From Microbotryum violaceum (lineage: Eukaryota): a stretch of DNA of 64,000 nucleotides. Under the pieces are notes generated by a model. The model did not search any database, was not told the DNA's origin, and worked only from the letters and a program-made list of their open reading frames with translations. Of this stretch, positions 25,649-44,960 are shown piece after piece (position 1 is the first letter of the stretch; each line of letters opens with the position of its first letter). The stretch is from assembly GCA_001244265.2 (NCBI GenBank), contig CDLV01000005.1, forward strand, positions 1,798,001 through 1,862,000, given 5' to 3'. Made by a program: the position numbers and the translations under genes.

Positions 25649-26414
25649 ATGTCCACCCCCTCTGACGGTCCCACCCCCTCCCAAATCTCACTCACCGACC
25701 TAAGCCTCGAGCAACTGCACAAAGTGCGCCAACAACTCGATCAGGAATTGCAGCATCTGACGAACGCGTTCCAGGAATTGCGGTTGGCGCAGGTCAAGTT
25801 CGCCGCCGCTTTGGAGAGCTTGGATAGTTTGAAAAAGGCGAATCAAGGTGAGGATTTTTGTGATTGGAAGAACGAAGGGAGGAAGGGAGGTGGGGGTCCT
25901 CTCCGCGTCGAGCTCGATTACAGAGCACTGCTAGGAGAACCATGCACCACCTACGATCACAGCAGTACTTTGGACCCCCACCATCATCACTAACAAGCCC
26001 TACTCATCCAACCCCCATCTTTTGGCCTCGCAGACAAGAACATCCTGATCCCCCTCACCTCGTCGCTCTACGTCCCGGGCAAGATCAAGGATTCCGAACA
26101 CGTGCTCGTCGATATCGGAACTGGCTACTACGTTGAAAAGGTACGAATCTCTCACCGTGGTAACCACAAACGGATCGCAGCCCTCCGACATGAGCTCAAC
26201 CTCAAATCCCCCTTCTTTCGCGCAGACAACAAAACAAGCCAAAACATATTACAACCAAAAGAACCTCACCCTACGCTCAAGTCTCGCCACCTTGCAAAGC
26301 CAGATCGAAAAGAAGGAGGACAACATGAGGGCGGCGATGAGTGTGTATAACCAAAAAGTCGCTCGGGAGGGAGCGGCGGGAGGTGCGGGAGGGGAGGGGG
26401 AGGAGGATAGATGA
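25649..26414 (+). CDS. GIM5: Prefoldin subunit 5 (alpha type), 3 exons
   Basis: [72 protein letters not shown]. Confidence 0.95.
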
Positions 26415-26716
26415 CTGAGAGGTTGGTGAGGCGAGAGGTATAGGCTGGGTGTTTCGTTTTCGCATTTGCATTGTATGGAAGAATTTGTACAAGATCTCCA
26501 GGATCGGTCCCACTGCTCGTCGGTTCCGAAAGTCGTGAGGGAGCGCTAGAACGTTATCACAAGCTTCGGTGTCCCGATCTTATCCATTACAATGCGACGT
26601 AAAAAACAGCAAACAAGTATATGCAGAACGAGAAGGAGCAGTGAGGAACAGTTGGCACAAACAGAACAATCACTCAAAAAAAGCCCCGATCAGAAACACA
26701 TTGTGATACGGAACGC

Positions 26717-29700
26717 CTACCCCGTCGCTCCCGGTGCTCCTCTCCTCCCTTGACCACCGGCACCAGGATATACATCCGCCGTTCCCGTACCCGACGTCGA
26801 TGCCGTCCCCGCTTCGACGTCCCCGCCCAATCCCTGACTAGCCCCGGACCCGAACCCCAACCAACTCAAGAAACCACCACCTCTCCCTTCTTCGGCATTC
26901 GAAGTCGATCCGGGGAACCCGACATTCATTGGCAACTGACCACAAGGCGTCGGGCTACCCCTCGACGTTACCAAGGGGGTGCTGTACGTCCTCGAAGGAA
27001 AGAACGCCCCTTGTTGCGTCGGGTGGTACGATTGACTTGGGTGGAAATAACCCCCACCACTCTGCGTCGTCACACCGCCGCTACTCCTCCCCCCGAATTG
27101 GCGAACGCATCTTCGAGGATCGTCTCCGCCACCCCAGGTGCATACATGTGCGGATCGATCGGATGATACGCCGGTGGATCTTGCGCCGCTGCCGCTGCCG
27201 CTATCCCAACCCTGCCCAGACCTTGACTTGATTCTCCGCCGGATCCACCGCCCTCTTCGGACGTCGATCTCGACCCGTACGTCGAATGCGATGTCGTCGA
27301 ACCGACCTCGTCATCGTCCATCGGCGGACTGCGGGGTGGCGGTGTGCTGGGGAAGCGATGCATCGAGTGGAGACTGATGTCCAACAAACCCGGTGTGGGA
27401 GGGTTGTGCAACCGAGCGCGTTCTTCGTCGTCCTGATCCTGATCGGGGTGAAGCGAGCGTTCAGAGTCCTCGATGAGAGCGAGGGGCGATCGACGCCCGG
27501 CTTCAATATCGTACGAATGCGACGACGATGATTGATGCGAGAGGTTCCTTGAATGTCGCAACGGCGAAGGTCGAACGGGTTGAGTCGGTCGCGTCGGGGA
27601 TCCCAGAGCCGCTGCCGCCCCAGCGGCCGTCGAAGGATGGCCACCACCTACGGTCGAAGCCGAGCCCGCCGACAACTCGGCACCACTGGCCGCCCCGTTC
27701 CTTCTCGACGAATGCTGCCTTCTTCCACTCGGCCGCGAACCCCCTTGCACGCGCGACGAAGGTCCCGTCCCGCTACTCCCTCCCGTGAACCCACTTAACA
27801 AACCCCGCGCAGCCTGTTGTTGTTGCTGCTGTGCAACCGCACTCTCCAAGAGGATGCTCCCCCGCTCGCTCCCGTAAGCGGGGGGAGGTGCGAGCGTGCC
27901 CATCATCGGCGCCAACCCCCATTTCTTGACATTGGCCTCGATGAACACAAATCCAGCCTGTCCGAGGTTGACGTGGACCGTGCAGGGCCCGTCGGCGCCG
28001 ACGGTCGGGAACAGGTTATGGCGCGTCAGGCCCGTGTAGGCGTCTTCGAGTTTCTTGCCGTTGCGGGTGAAGAAGACGGTGCCGCTGCGGGGGCGGTAGC
28101 CAATGCCGAGAACGTCGCCTTCCCGTAGTGGTGGGCCGTACGAAGTCGCAGTGAAGGGGTACGAATGCGATTTGAAGCCGTCCGCGGAGAGGTAGCCGAC
28201 CGAGTATTTGCTAGCGCCTGTGGTAGGATGCGAATGCATCGGGGCCAGAAACAAGCGTCAGCAGCCGACTCGCGTGTGGTACCACGGGGTCTCCACACTG
28301 ACTGACCTGGCATTCTGAACGAAGGGTAAGGCTTGGTCGCGAGGCCCAGGGCGACGTTCGTCCCCTCGGGTTTCTCGTACATCTTGCATTCCCAGTAGTA
28401 GACCTCGTTGATCTTGGGCAGCGGCAAATTACTCTGCACACAACACCCTCCCCCTTCCTCGGGAGCCATGCCGACGCCGTCGGAAAGGAACGTGATCTCG
28501 GTGCGCGATTGCACAATCAAGGCCGGGTTCGACTCATAGTCTGGTTCAAACGACCACGCCGAGATGCCTTTTTCTTGGATCGAGAGGAACTGCGAGAGCG
28601 TAATGTCCGTCGGTTGCGAGTTGGGTGGGTACTGTGTTTGCCAAACTATAAGAAAAAGTCTCCCGATGCGTCAGTATCAGGCAGCGAGGGCTAACCGGAG
28701 GAAATCTGTCGGCCCACAAAGGTTCCCTCACTCACCTTTGGCCCTCGTGTACCCGATCCCGACGTTCTCGTCGACGTCCTCTAACCACCGCTGTTCTATG
28801 CCCGCGACGTCGGCTTCGGCCTCCCACCGGTCCTCGTGTTCGAGGTTCGTCGGTCCGCCTTCGCCGAGCGGGAGGGCGATCGCGCCTCGTCTTCGACGGA
28901 CGAGGATCAGAAAGACGAGAAAGACGAGCAGTGAGAAGAGCAGCGACGTGAGCAGGATCAACAGCGGGAGTAGAAGTCGCAAAGGCTGTGAGGCATCGGC
29001 AGGGACCATTGTGTGGAAGATCGCACGCAGGGAGGATGGAAGCAGATCGTCGAAGAAGGAATGGTAGGATCGGATCAGGATCGGATCGGTAGGGATATCC
29101 GAGACCGAGTCCGAGACAGGCGCACGCGCGCGCGGACGGGGTTGGGAAGGGTGCGTGGGGGGGGGGGGGGGAGCAGACGAGTAGTGGTTGGCGTCAGTCA
29201 TCGTAATCGGACACGGCGAGATTCGCCCACACACGAGGTCACTCACATCTTCCAGCTGACCGTCCCCAGGCATCTGGGGCGATTCGGGGTCGGACGGAAT
29301 TGTGGGCAGGTCCGACGAGAGGGGAAGCGACGCGGTGCCACTGCTGCCACTCGCCTCCCAGCCCCAGCCCCGCGCATTATTGAAGCCGGCTCCACCACCA
29401 CTCCCACCGCCACGCTGGCGACTCGCCGCCGCAGCACCATTGCTCCTCCATTGTGCATCGTCAAACAGTTGTTGCTGTCGTTGTCGGAGGTACTCGACCG
29501 CTTCCTTTTGGCGTGCCAGGATCTGCGTCTTGTCCGAGCCGCTGGCCTGACCCTGCTGCTGATGCTGATCGCCCGAGGCGGCGGCGTTGACGTTGACGTT
29601 GACGCGGCCTCGGCGTCGGCCACTGCCATCATTCGTGTAGGGCCGCGTGTTCCATGTTGACAACATATCCTGACTCTTGTCGTCCGAGTCGTCGTGATTG

Positions 29701-29741
29701 ATCACTCTTCTCCGTCGACCCGTCGTCACAGTAGGCGCCAT
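26717..29741 (-). CDS. SSH4: Ssh4/Ear1-like SPRY-domain membrane protein (Rsp5 adaptor), multi-exon; one apparent frameshift near 27090
   Basis: Single TM LLLPLLILLTSLLFSLLVFLVFLILV; SPRY motifs VQSNLPLPKINEVYYWECKMY, LGLATKPYPSFRMPG, EGDVLGIGYRPRSGTVFFTRNGKKL, HVNLGQAGFVFIEANVKKWGLAP; PY motifs PPAY twice. Confidence 0.88.
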
Positions 29742-30439
29742 GCTCGCCCACGTTCACACGACTTTGCTGGTAGATGGTTGGGTCCGGAGGGAGGATGAGC
29801 AAGCCTGGCCCGGAGTGCGTGAGTCACCGTGGCAGGGAGAAAGGCGGGCTCGCGCGGTAGGCGTTTGTGGACAATGGCGACCCATTAGGTCAAGCTCAGG
29901 AGCTAATTCACTCGGTTTCTAATGTGAGCGCTGTGAGCCCGCAATCGCCGATTTGTCATGTCTCACTTTTTGGGTCGCGCGCCCCCGCGCGTCAGTAGTA
30001 ACTATTACCAAAAGTCATTCGGCATGTGTTCCATACCGTCGATACGGTGGGTGGGCTGGGGGTAAACTGACAAACCCGTACGGGAGGCTTGTAAGGTTCT
30101 TGCGTTACGGAAGGTAGTAGCGAGGACGGTCGTAGATCCAAGTCGGACAATTTGCGCAAAACAAACATAGGCGACAAGGCTTAGTCCCCTTGGAGCCCTC
30201 GGGGTCTACCGCCCGAGATAGGGACGAAACAAAGAAGCCAACAGCTGACCGGAGGACTTCGAGCTTTGAGGGGGAAGGGACAGCGGCGCACGGGCCTCAG
30301 CCTGGCTTAAGCGGGAAGCCCTTCAAGTTGTCCCCCATCTTTGAGTCTCTTTCTCTCTCTTGGTAATTAGCTTCTAGCTGAAAACCCAGTATAGAAGTTT
30401 AACAAGTACATCCACGGCTCCGAGTTCGATCTACGACTG

Positions 30440-31508
<1,069 letters not shown>

Positions 31509-34500
31509 TGACTTCCGACGGCTCAACAGCCAGCACTCGAGACTCAGCCAAGGAGGGCCATCGGGCGTTGTCGGGGTGACGAGTAGCTGGGGCTTGGCTG
31601 CGGCCTGTTAGTCTTTGGGGACCTCTATCCCTGGCTTCGACCCCTATCTTGGTCCCTCGGGTGTGTCCCCCCCTCCTCCCCCTCCTTTCCCCTTGTTTTA
31701 GTATTTTCCTTTCTCGGTGTTCCCGTTTGTGACTTTCTGTATATTCTCCCCCCTTCTTTCTCTAGGCGCTCTTGCCTGGTTTTCGAGTATCTTCGCTCCC
31801 GCTCTTGGGACGTGAAGCGGCAGCAGTACTCACCGCCCGTTGGAGTCCGCGTTAGGTGCTCGGCGGGCTTTGATCTGCGCAGCGCTCTTTGCGCGCAGGG
31901 GTTTGATTTTCACCCAGCTGCTTGTCGTCGTTGCTTTATTACCTCTTTTAGCCCTTTTTGTAGCGATCCTAGCCAACCCGAAGGATCGTAATTTATGAGC
32001 CCAGTTAAACAAAAAAAAAGGACTGCGGCGGCGGCCACTCGTCCCAACACTCGAAAGACTCGGAGCTGAGGGCGCAGATCGGTCCCACTGGGACCTGCCA
32101 TCCCGGCCAGCGCGTCATCACTGCTCGCTACCAACGGCCTTTGCATGGAAAAAGCCGGTTCTGGCACGAGGCTGTGCTTAGTGGACCGCATGTCAAGATT
32201 TTATGGACTTGGGTTGATCATCATCATCGCCATCGCCATTGATCGGCATCTTACCCCGGCCGCCCGCGCTTCTTCTATGCCGGGCCTCCTCGGTATCTAA
32301 ACAGTTTATCGAATCTTCTATTGTTCGACTGTAATCATCATTCAGAATGTGCTCTGACGGATACGAGCGCAAAAAAACGGTTAGCACAGACTCGGATCGC
32401 CTCCGACTCTAGCCATTGGAACTTCAATCATGCTGAGAAGTTCGTGTAGTATCTGTGGAAGGCATTGCTTGTGTTGCGGAGGGTATTTCTTGTAATTCAC
32501 ATCTTCAAAGACTGCTCTTTTCTACTGCGCTTTTCATTGCTCCCAGCACCGCTGTCCATGAACAGGTCCAAATCAGGCCGCTGCGAGCGGGAGCGCCCCC
32601 CCTGTTTCTGAAGCATAGACGTTCCATAGCTACGTGTACCAGGTATAGGTGCATTAGCTACATCACAATATACCGAACCAATTCGGTCTGAAGAGATGCA
32701 ACAAGAAAGCACCATGACCTTGTACACCATGCTTTCGTCGTCCTATGTTTCCCCTCTTTTCTTTTTCTTTCGTCCCACGCGGGCAGCGACTCGGTGACGG
32801 CCCCAGAGGCCCAGAGTCCGAGCACCACTGCCAGCGGACCAACTGTCATCGTGTACACTACATTGCAGGGGCGCTCTCAACTCCAGCATACGGAGATTGG
32901 GGGATGGGAACTCGGGCGCGCTCGGACCTCTTTAGTTTCTGACTTAGATTACCCGAGGCAGCGACTAGCGCGGCTCTCCCTCTCTTTTCCCTTAACGTTC
33001 CCTATCCTCTTCTACTCGGCATCTTCGTTTGCTCACTGCGCTGCTCCTCATAGGTTATGAGCCCCAACCGACCTACCAGCTCAGAGCACGCAAGCTTCGA
33101 CGAGCTTCCACCGCCTTCCACCGCGAGCGTTCACCCACCCGGCCAACCCCCGCTGGCCCGCGCCGTCATGTCGCCGTCTTCTGCTGCACCCACTGCAGAG
33201 GAAATCAAGGCTCTTATCCAACAAGCTCTCGACGTTCATGGTCGTGACACCCGCTCTTCCTCGTCCTCACCCCCTGACACCACCACCGAGACCGCCTCCG
33301 TCCCGCGTGTCCCCGCTGCCACGTCGATCACGTTCGAGGCGGTCAACCGACTGAAGGACGAAGCAACCTACCCGCGGTGGCATCGCGCACTAAAAGCGTT
33401 AGTGCCCACACCCATCTTCTCGTATCTACAGACGGGAAACTTCCCCGCTGAATGGTCCATCGCAGCTCAGGACCAGTGGAAGGACTACGTACGAAGCGTC
33501 CTCTTCAACTCGCTGCACCCATCCATTCAAGACGCCTACCAAGAAGACGACACCCCCTCTCAAGTCTACATCACTCTGAAGGAGCGCTACTCGCCTCGGG
33601 ACGCTCAGGCGTACGCCAAACTCATCCAGCGATTCTGGTCGATGCCCCAGATTCCGCTTTCCTCCAAGGACGATTTTGACAAGCACCTCAACCACGATCT
33701 CGATCTCGCCAGAGAGATTCGTCAAGGGAACCTCGACATTGAACAAGTGCTTGTCGCCGCTCGCCTCTTCAGTACCAACTTCAACGACGGTCTCGATCCT
33801 TGGCGCGAGACATTCCTTCAACTGCACCAGGGAAAGGACAGGCTTCCTTCCCTCGAGGAGACGATGAAATTGATGCGTGTTGCAGCGCACAACATTATCG
33901 ACAAACGCCCTTCCGCGTATGTCTCGAACTCGGACAAGTCGGGGACCCCACCCGGCCCGTGCCCCGCTTGCAAGACTGGCCCCCTGCACTGGCTCCGTGA
34001 GTGCACCGATGAGGATGCGAAGAAGCGATTCTTCTCCAGGCCCCGGCCCAATCGCTCCAAGCAGAACGCGAACGCCAAGCCGCCCGCTCAAGCTCGCCTC
34101 GCTGTTACCTCGGACGACCCCGGCGAGATCTCGGAGACGGCCCCCAGCGTCTCCTTCGCGCCTACTTCTTTCCTCTCGGTCACGTCGGACTCGCCTAGCC
34201 TCCTCTTCGACTCTGCCGCCATTCACCACATGCTCAACGACTCAACTGCCTTCGTCGAGCTGCACAACACTCCTCGTGTGCAGATTGGCGGCGTAGGGGG
34301 GGGGGGCGCTTTCTTCGCACGGCACGGGTGTCATCGAGCTCGTCGCTTCAACAGGCAATCGCATTCGCCTGTCCAACGTCTTCTTCGTTCCGGGCTGTCC
34401 CGCGAATCTCATTTCCGTATTCGCGCTCATCAACGACGGCATCACGGCTTCATTCACCGAAGACGGACGAGTCTCGCTGGACAGGGGGGGGTAAGCGCGT

Positions 34501-37114
34501 CTGCACGGGTTCGGCCAAATCCGACCGACTCTTCCACTTGGATGCCCATCTATGTACGCACACCGCTCTCATCGCCGCTCGTACCCCCAAGGTCTCACTG
34601 CTGACCCTTCACCGCCGCCTTGGTCACTGCTCTCTTCCCACCCTCAGGAAGCTGGCCAAAAGCGATCAGGTGAAGGGTATTGAGTGGACTTATAGTGACG
34701 ATGATTGCAATGATTTCAAATGTGATGCATGCATGGCTTCGCACAAACTACCTTTCCCTATGTCCGAGTCTCACGCTGCACTTCCCCTCGGGCTAGATCA
34801 CTCGGACCTACTCATGTTCCCTGAGCCTTCCGTGAGCTGCCGACGCTACCTGATCGCCTTCATCGACGACTTCTCGCGCAAAGCTTGGGCCTTCCCACTC
34901 CTTCGCAAAAGCGACGCACTGGCTGCCTTTCAGCGCTGGAAGGCCGAAGTCGAGAACGCCTCCGGGGCCACAATCAAAACACTGCGTTCCGACAACGGTG
35001 GCGAGTACACTGCTTTCAACAAGTTTTGCGCCGAGCAAGGGATTCGTCGCGACAAGTCGGTGCCGTACACGCCCGAACAGAACGGGCGCGCCGAGCGACT
35101 TAATCGATCGATCGTAGAGGGCGTCTTGGCTCTGCTCCACGACTCCGGTCTCCCGGCCCACCTCTGGGAAGAAGCGACGCAGTACTATCTCGACTGCAAG
35201 AACCTCACGCCACACGCAGGGATCGACGGCGGTGTACCAGGTGCGATCTGGCACGGCATTCCCCAAGACCTCTCACGACTGCGCACGTTCGGCTGCCGCG
35301 CCTGGGCCACCGTCCCACAGCATGAACGCACCAAACTAGAACCAAAGGGGATCCCACTGATCTTTGTGGGTTATGACCAACATGCCAAAGCGTATCGATT
35401 ATACGATCCTGACACCCAGCGTACTCGCATCAGTCGCAACGTCACGTTCGTGGAGACCGAGTTCCCTGCCGCCGCGCGACAAGTCTGCGAGCCCGAACCG
35501 CCCTCACTCGCCCCTACGACCGTGCTGCACCCCGTCCTGGCGCCAGCTTCGGTACCAGCCGTTCCTGTCACACCTCCAACTTCTACGCCGCCCACAACGC
35601 CTCACCCGAAGCCCCACTCGACATGCTCCCTTCTCGCGACGCCGACCCGGCCCACTGGCACCAAGCGATGCGATCTCCACACGCCGCGGAGTGGCAAACC
35701 GAAGCCATCGACGAGTTTACGTCGCTGCTGAACCAGTACAAGGTCTACGTCATTCTCGACCAAGCCGCCCTGCCCGACGGTGCCAAGCTGCTACGCTCCC
35801 ACTTCGTCTTTCGTACCAAGCGTGATCAGTTCGGCAACGTCAAATCGCGGAAGGTTCGTCTCGTCGCTGACGGCAGCACTCAACGCCCGGGCCTCGATTT
35901 TCAGGAGCGTTATTCCCCCGTTGTTCGCTTTACATCGATCCGAGCCCTCGTCGCGATCGCCGTCTTGCGCGGCTACAAGATCAAACAAGCTGACGTCAAC
36001 AAGGCCTATCTGCACAGCAAGCTCGACCAGCCTCTCTACATGCGACCACCGCAAGGCATGGACTTGCCGGGTAAGATTCTCAAGCTCGAACGATCCATCT
36101 ACGGGCTCAAGCAGGCTGGACGCATCTGGAACGACGAGATCGACTCGACCCTCCGTTCTGTCGGCTACAAGCCCACGGTCTCGGATTTCTGCGTCTACAC
36201 GAAGCGACACGGCAACGATTGGCACTACATCGCGCTCTATGTCGACGACTTGCTCCTCATTGGCCCCTCGGACGACGAGATCGAACGCGTTCTGTCCACA
36301 CTCGAGGACATGTACGGAATCAAGCGACTTGGCGACGCGGAATACGCTTTTGGCATTCAACTCAAACGTAGCGATGACGGCTCCATTACCCTCTCTCAGG
36401 AGCGCTACCTACAGGACGTGCTCGAACTTTTTGACCTCGCTCTTGCCAAGCCCGCCAGCACACCGATGCAGAAGAATCTCCTCCTCGAGCTCGATCAATC
36501 GACACCTTCTGACCAGGAGCGAACTCGCTATCTTCAGGCAATCGGCTCCCTGATGTACGCCGCGCTCGGCACTCGTCCCGATCTTGCCTACGCTGTCAGC
36601 TATCTCGCACGATTTGCCAAGGAGCCCGGACCGACGCACTGGACCGCGATCAAACACGTTCTGCGCTACATTCGAGGAACAGTCTCGTACGGTCTTCGTT
36701 ACACGCCTACTCCCGGTCCGCTCTACGGCTACTCCGACTCGAATTGGGGTGCATGCGTTCGGACGTCCAAGTCGACGATGGGCTATGCATATTTTCTGGC
36801 TGGTGCAACGATCTCCTGGTGCTCGAAACGGTCGTCCCGCGTCGCTGATTCTACCACCGACGCTGAGTACATTGCCCTCTCCCAGTCTTCCAAAGAGGCT
36901 ATTCACCTTCAGCAGCTCTTGGAGGAACTCGGCATTCTGTCACGAATCAGCAGCGCCACCTCGCAGCTTACTCAGCGCTGGGAACTTTCTAGGAGCTTCC
37001 AGTTATCTCTACGATCTTGCGCCTCGATCACTTCCTTTGGCTTCAACTTGCTTCCATGAGTTTCTGTCGTTTTCCCTGGGCTTTCCTGCGACTATAAATA
37101 GGGCTTCTGTGTAG

Positions 37115-40308
<3,194 letters not shown>

Positions 40309-40320
40309 ACCCGAGGGTGA

Positions 40321-40512
<192 letters not shown>

Positions 40513-42559
40513 TAGAAATCGCTCTTGTCTTCCTTCTGCAATCTTGATCTCATAGTCAACTCCCCCAGTAACCTCCAGCTCCCTCGGCCTCTGTTCTAGT
40601 ACTCTTACAAGAACAACTACATCAATCCCGCATCTCGTCCCGTCATCCTCGCTATCGCCTGCTGCCTACGGCTTAGCAACCTCAACCCTGACACATTCCG
40701 AACTCGGAACCCACCTTGATCTACGGCGACAATCAAGGCGCGAATTCATTGACACGCAACCCGACATCGTTTTCAGGCACTCGTCACGTTCGCATCCGGG
40801 AGCACTTTGTGCGGGAGATGGTCAAAAAGGGTGAGATCAAGGCTGAATACATTGCCACAGCCGACATGGTCTCCGACATCCTCACCAAGGCCTTGACCCC
40901 AAGCTCTTTGTACGGCACCGCGAAAGTCTAGGCCTCCGAATGCCTGGAGCCTGACAGCGAGGGGGGAGTGTCATCGTGTACACTACATTGCAGGGGCGCT
41001 CTCAACTCCAGCATACGGAGATTGGGGGATGGGAACTCGGGCGCGCTCGGACCTCTTTAGATTCTGACTTAGATTACCCGAGGCAGCGACTAGCGCGGCT
41101 CTCCCTCTCTTTTCCCTTAACGTTCCCTATCCTCTTCTACTCAGCATCTTCGTTTGCTCACTGCGCTGCTCCTCATACCAACGACGGCCGTTCCACCCAA
41201 TCGACGACGATTGGGCTAGGGCAAGGACAAACGGGCGAGTGAGAAGTAGAGCAGTCACGGGTCGGAAAGATGCGGGCTCGTTGAACCCTTAACTGAATCT
41301 CGAAACGTGACCACAAAGAATCACGGATCGGCGCGTTTGCATGGCCCGAAAGAGGGAGGTCCAAGCCGATGGAGATGAAAGAAGAAGCAAGAGAAGAGGT
41401 GTGGGAAGTCTTCACTCACATGGGGGTAAGACACGCGCGCACTTGAGTGGGCCTTCCATTCTTCTCCACCTCTGCCGAGGGCAGCGCGGCACGGACCTGC
41501 AGCGAAATCGCGGACAGGGGCCCACGCACCCCACATCGAGGTTAGCCGTTAGCCACCCACCTCTAAATTACCCTATACTTGGTCGATCCAGCTCGTTTAA
41601 GTCTCAAGACGCAAGATCAGCTGTGAAGATCAGCCAAATTTGAGATCGCCGCGATTGATGAAGTGGTTGTTGCTCCAGCATCTTTATTCGAGCCGGGGCG
41701 ACCTCGCTTCCACCTCGATCGAAATCCGATCCGGAGCTGGGTCGCTGAGCGGCTTCACACGAGAGCTCCGACGCGGCAAATCGAGGCCAGCGAAAAAGGA
41801 GAGCAACTCCCGTGTACTTCAAGACAATGTGCCAACATCAAGGAGGTGTTTTCACTCGGAGGGTGTTATTTGATATGTGTCTGTGCCTGTGGTATCTGCG
41901 TAACTCCTCCTCTCTTCGTCCTTCGTGATAAAACATTCGAGTTCTTATCTTAGTGCAAGTTATACTATGGCAACCCCCCTCTTTTCACTAAGGATCAGGC
42001 GAAGATGTTTTTTACGATCTCTGTCTTTTGTAACAGAGCCCATAAGGCTTTCGAGGCATACATTGATGTACCCGACTCGACGACAAACGCCCCGCGTTTC
42101 TCGAACAGGCTCAGCAATACATCGGCGGCTCCGATCGCAACCCGACCATCACGAACAGGCTGCTTGCCCCCCCGGCCCAAGGCGCCGCGGCTGCCTCTGC
42201 GAGTATAATTTTCTCGCTCTCTGCTTTATGGAACGTTCCCGATTTTCAGGCCCAGTAATATCACGCCGCCCTCAAGACCGAAGCTCGCACTGGCATGCTC
42301 AGCCTCTATCATGACGATCTCACCTGGGTGGCCGACCTCTCCGCCAGAGCTATCAGGACTATTTCCTCCACCAAAGTCCTCAGGAAGCCGAGGCCACCCC
42401 CAAGCCTTACTCACAACACTCAGCAACATGCTCACTTGACCGTCTACCACTGCACAACCATCACGACCCAAGGCCTCACCCCCCCGTGTGCGTAGACGCC
42501 ACGACGCTCCTCTCACTGTAATACATCCCGTAGGAGTGCACACCGGAGCGACAACGACA

Positions 42560-44960
42560 AGATCACACCAAAGTATGTAGGATCGACACTGGACACCCTA
42601 CGTTAGTCGCTGAGGAGAGACTAAGAGTGCCCACTGCACCCAGGCAGGCGCGCGTCTCCTAAGGGTCAGACGCACGGGCCTTACACTCTCCACCACCTAT
42701 TCCAAACTCTCTCCCATCCTTACACTCACCCTCCAAGAACGTGAACAACGCCTCAAAACAACCTCTGCCTTAGTGCGATGGAAGTGGCCACCAGCTGAGC
42801 TTTTGCCTGGCCGCACTCGGAAAGAAGGAAGGACGTCGTACTGGCAATGCCACTACCTCCATCACAGATGCCGCTGCGACCTCTAGCACCAAGAGAAACG
42901 AGAGCGTTCTCTGCCCTGATGACCGCACGAGGACATCACATACGCGCACGGTATCACTGGGTCTCTTCCACCGTTCTAGATCAGATCACTCTGGTATCCA
43001 CACTCGACCCACAACCTTTCCATCATTTCGTTCTGCCTCTCGACTTCTGCAGGAAGCCTTCATTCTCAGGCGCGCTTTTGGGTGCGACTCGTTACTATTT
43101 ATCCATGAATCTTTCGTGTCTGGTCATGGCCTCGTCCGCTCGCGCCCGATCCCAGTCATTGGCCATTAATGGCAGCCACACTGGCCACGTCACCCACTTT
43201 GTTTGCCTCACGGTCATGTTTGGAGGACACTCAAGTCATACAGGCGGATGTACGCAGTTGGCTATCTACCCTCTGGTGCTCGGCACCCTGTGGGCAGGTC
43301 ACTTCAAGTCTTCTACCAGGTGGGCAGACAGTATCTTACGTTCTCATGCTCGCAGTGCACCCTTGAACGTCCAACCCCAGTTGATCTCAGGGCCTTCCGC
43401 TCGTACACTCGGCGGCCGACCTCGCTCTGGACATCCCCCTCGTTTCCTCCAACGCCTTCGATCAAATTTTAGCCGATGTGCCGTACTTTTGGCCTGTTCA
43501 ATCGCGATCCTGTGCACTCGCACTTGTTCTCGACCTCAGAGGAGCCTCTCCATCAGTGTTCCATGTCGGTCCACGCGACTCCGCCGAGCACCTCGATGAC
43601 TTGTGAACTGCGCTTCCTTCGCAGTACCCTTGCCTTCTACGGCCTTCCCCAAGGGCACGTCAACACTTTCTCGCCTCATCGACCCTTCAATTTCGCCATT
43701 GAGATGGAAGACGGCAAGCAATACCCTTCCGGCCCTCTGTACCCTCTGTCCGAAAAGGCGTTTTAAGGACTTTCGACTTTAATCGACGAGAACCTCGCCA
43801 AGGGGTTCATCCGCCCGTCGACTTCACCAGCTGGCGCTCCTGCTCTTTACGTTCGCAAGAAGAACGGTTTGCTCCACTTTTTGCGCCAATTATAGGGAAC
43901 TCGACTTCGTCAGCCTCAAGGTTCGATGCCTCCCCTTTCATTCCGGAAGCGCTCGACCGTCGCTGGGGCTACAACCTCGTTCGAGTGGAAAACCGCGTTT
44001 CGCACACGCTACGGCCACGCTACGGCCACTCGAATGCCTCGTTATAAAATTCGATCCATTCGATCCGATTAACGCCGGAAGAGTTTTACTTCATCTTGAT
44101 GTCCTTAAGCTGCTCGACATTCGACCACACCTTTCGAAGGCATTCCACCCTGAGTCAGATGGCCAAACGGAACGAAAGAGCCACATGTATCGAGGGGTGC
44201 CTACGCAGCGCTTACCATCAAGACCGTTGGCATTGTGCCCCCCCCCCCCCCCCCTACTGAGTGCTCCTACAGCAGCTCTTTTCTCTCGATCATACGAATG
44301 ACTCCTTTCTTTGCATCTTGTGGTCATCACCCAAGGCGTGCACCAGAAGACTCCTGTTCCCGACGGTCGACAACATCTTGCTGGTTTTCACAGCGCCCAA
44401 CAACGAGCCGAAGATCAGATTCGTCGTTCCTAGTAGTCTTTTGCTGGCTACGTCAACCTTCGAAGTGCCCACGCGCCTCCTCTCATGCTCGGTCAATAAG
44501 TCATGCTCAACCGACGCAACATCCGCACCACGAGTCGGCCTTCCTCAGAACTCGACTCCAACAAGCTCGGACCTCTTGACATCAAGCGCATTATCAATCC
44601 CGTTGCCTACGAGTTGGATCACCCTTCGACGATGCGCATGTATCCTGTCTTCCATGTCTCGCTTCTCGAACCTTATCGCCCCAACACTCTACCGTCTCGC
44701 CAACAGCCTGTGCCGCCGCTACCCGATCTCATCGACGGCGAGGAAGCCTTCATCTTTGAAAGGATTCTTGACTCTCGCCTTCGTTATGGGCCGCTTCAAT
44801 ACTTTGTCGATTAGACCGGCTATGGGCTTCCGAATTGCCGACTTCTATTCTGATGATTCTCTCGTCCTCGACTTCCATCGCTCGCAACCTCGCGAGTCTG
44901 GCGCCACCCGTATTCAACATCCGGCACAAGACTCTTGGCCCGGGTTTTACCTTCACGGTC
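42560..44960 (+). mobile_element. Degenerate Gypsy chromovirus relic related to the nested Gypsy; boundaries approximate
   Basis: Broken fragments: INGSHTGHVTHFV..YPLVLG (protease), [40 protein letters not shown] and WKTAFRTRYGH (RT), AFHPESDGQTER (integrase), [19 protein letters not shown] (chromodomain). Many stops and frameshifts. Confidence 0.88.
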
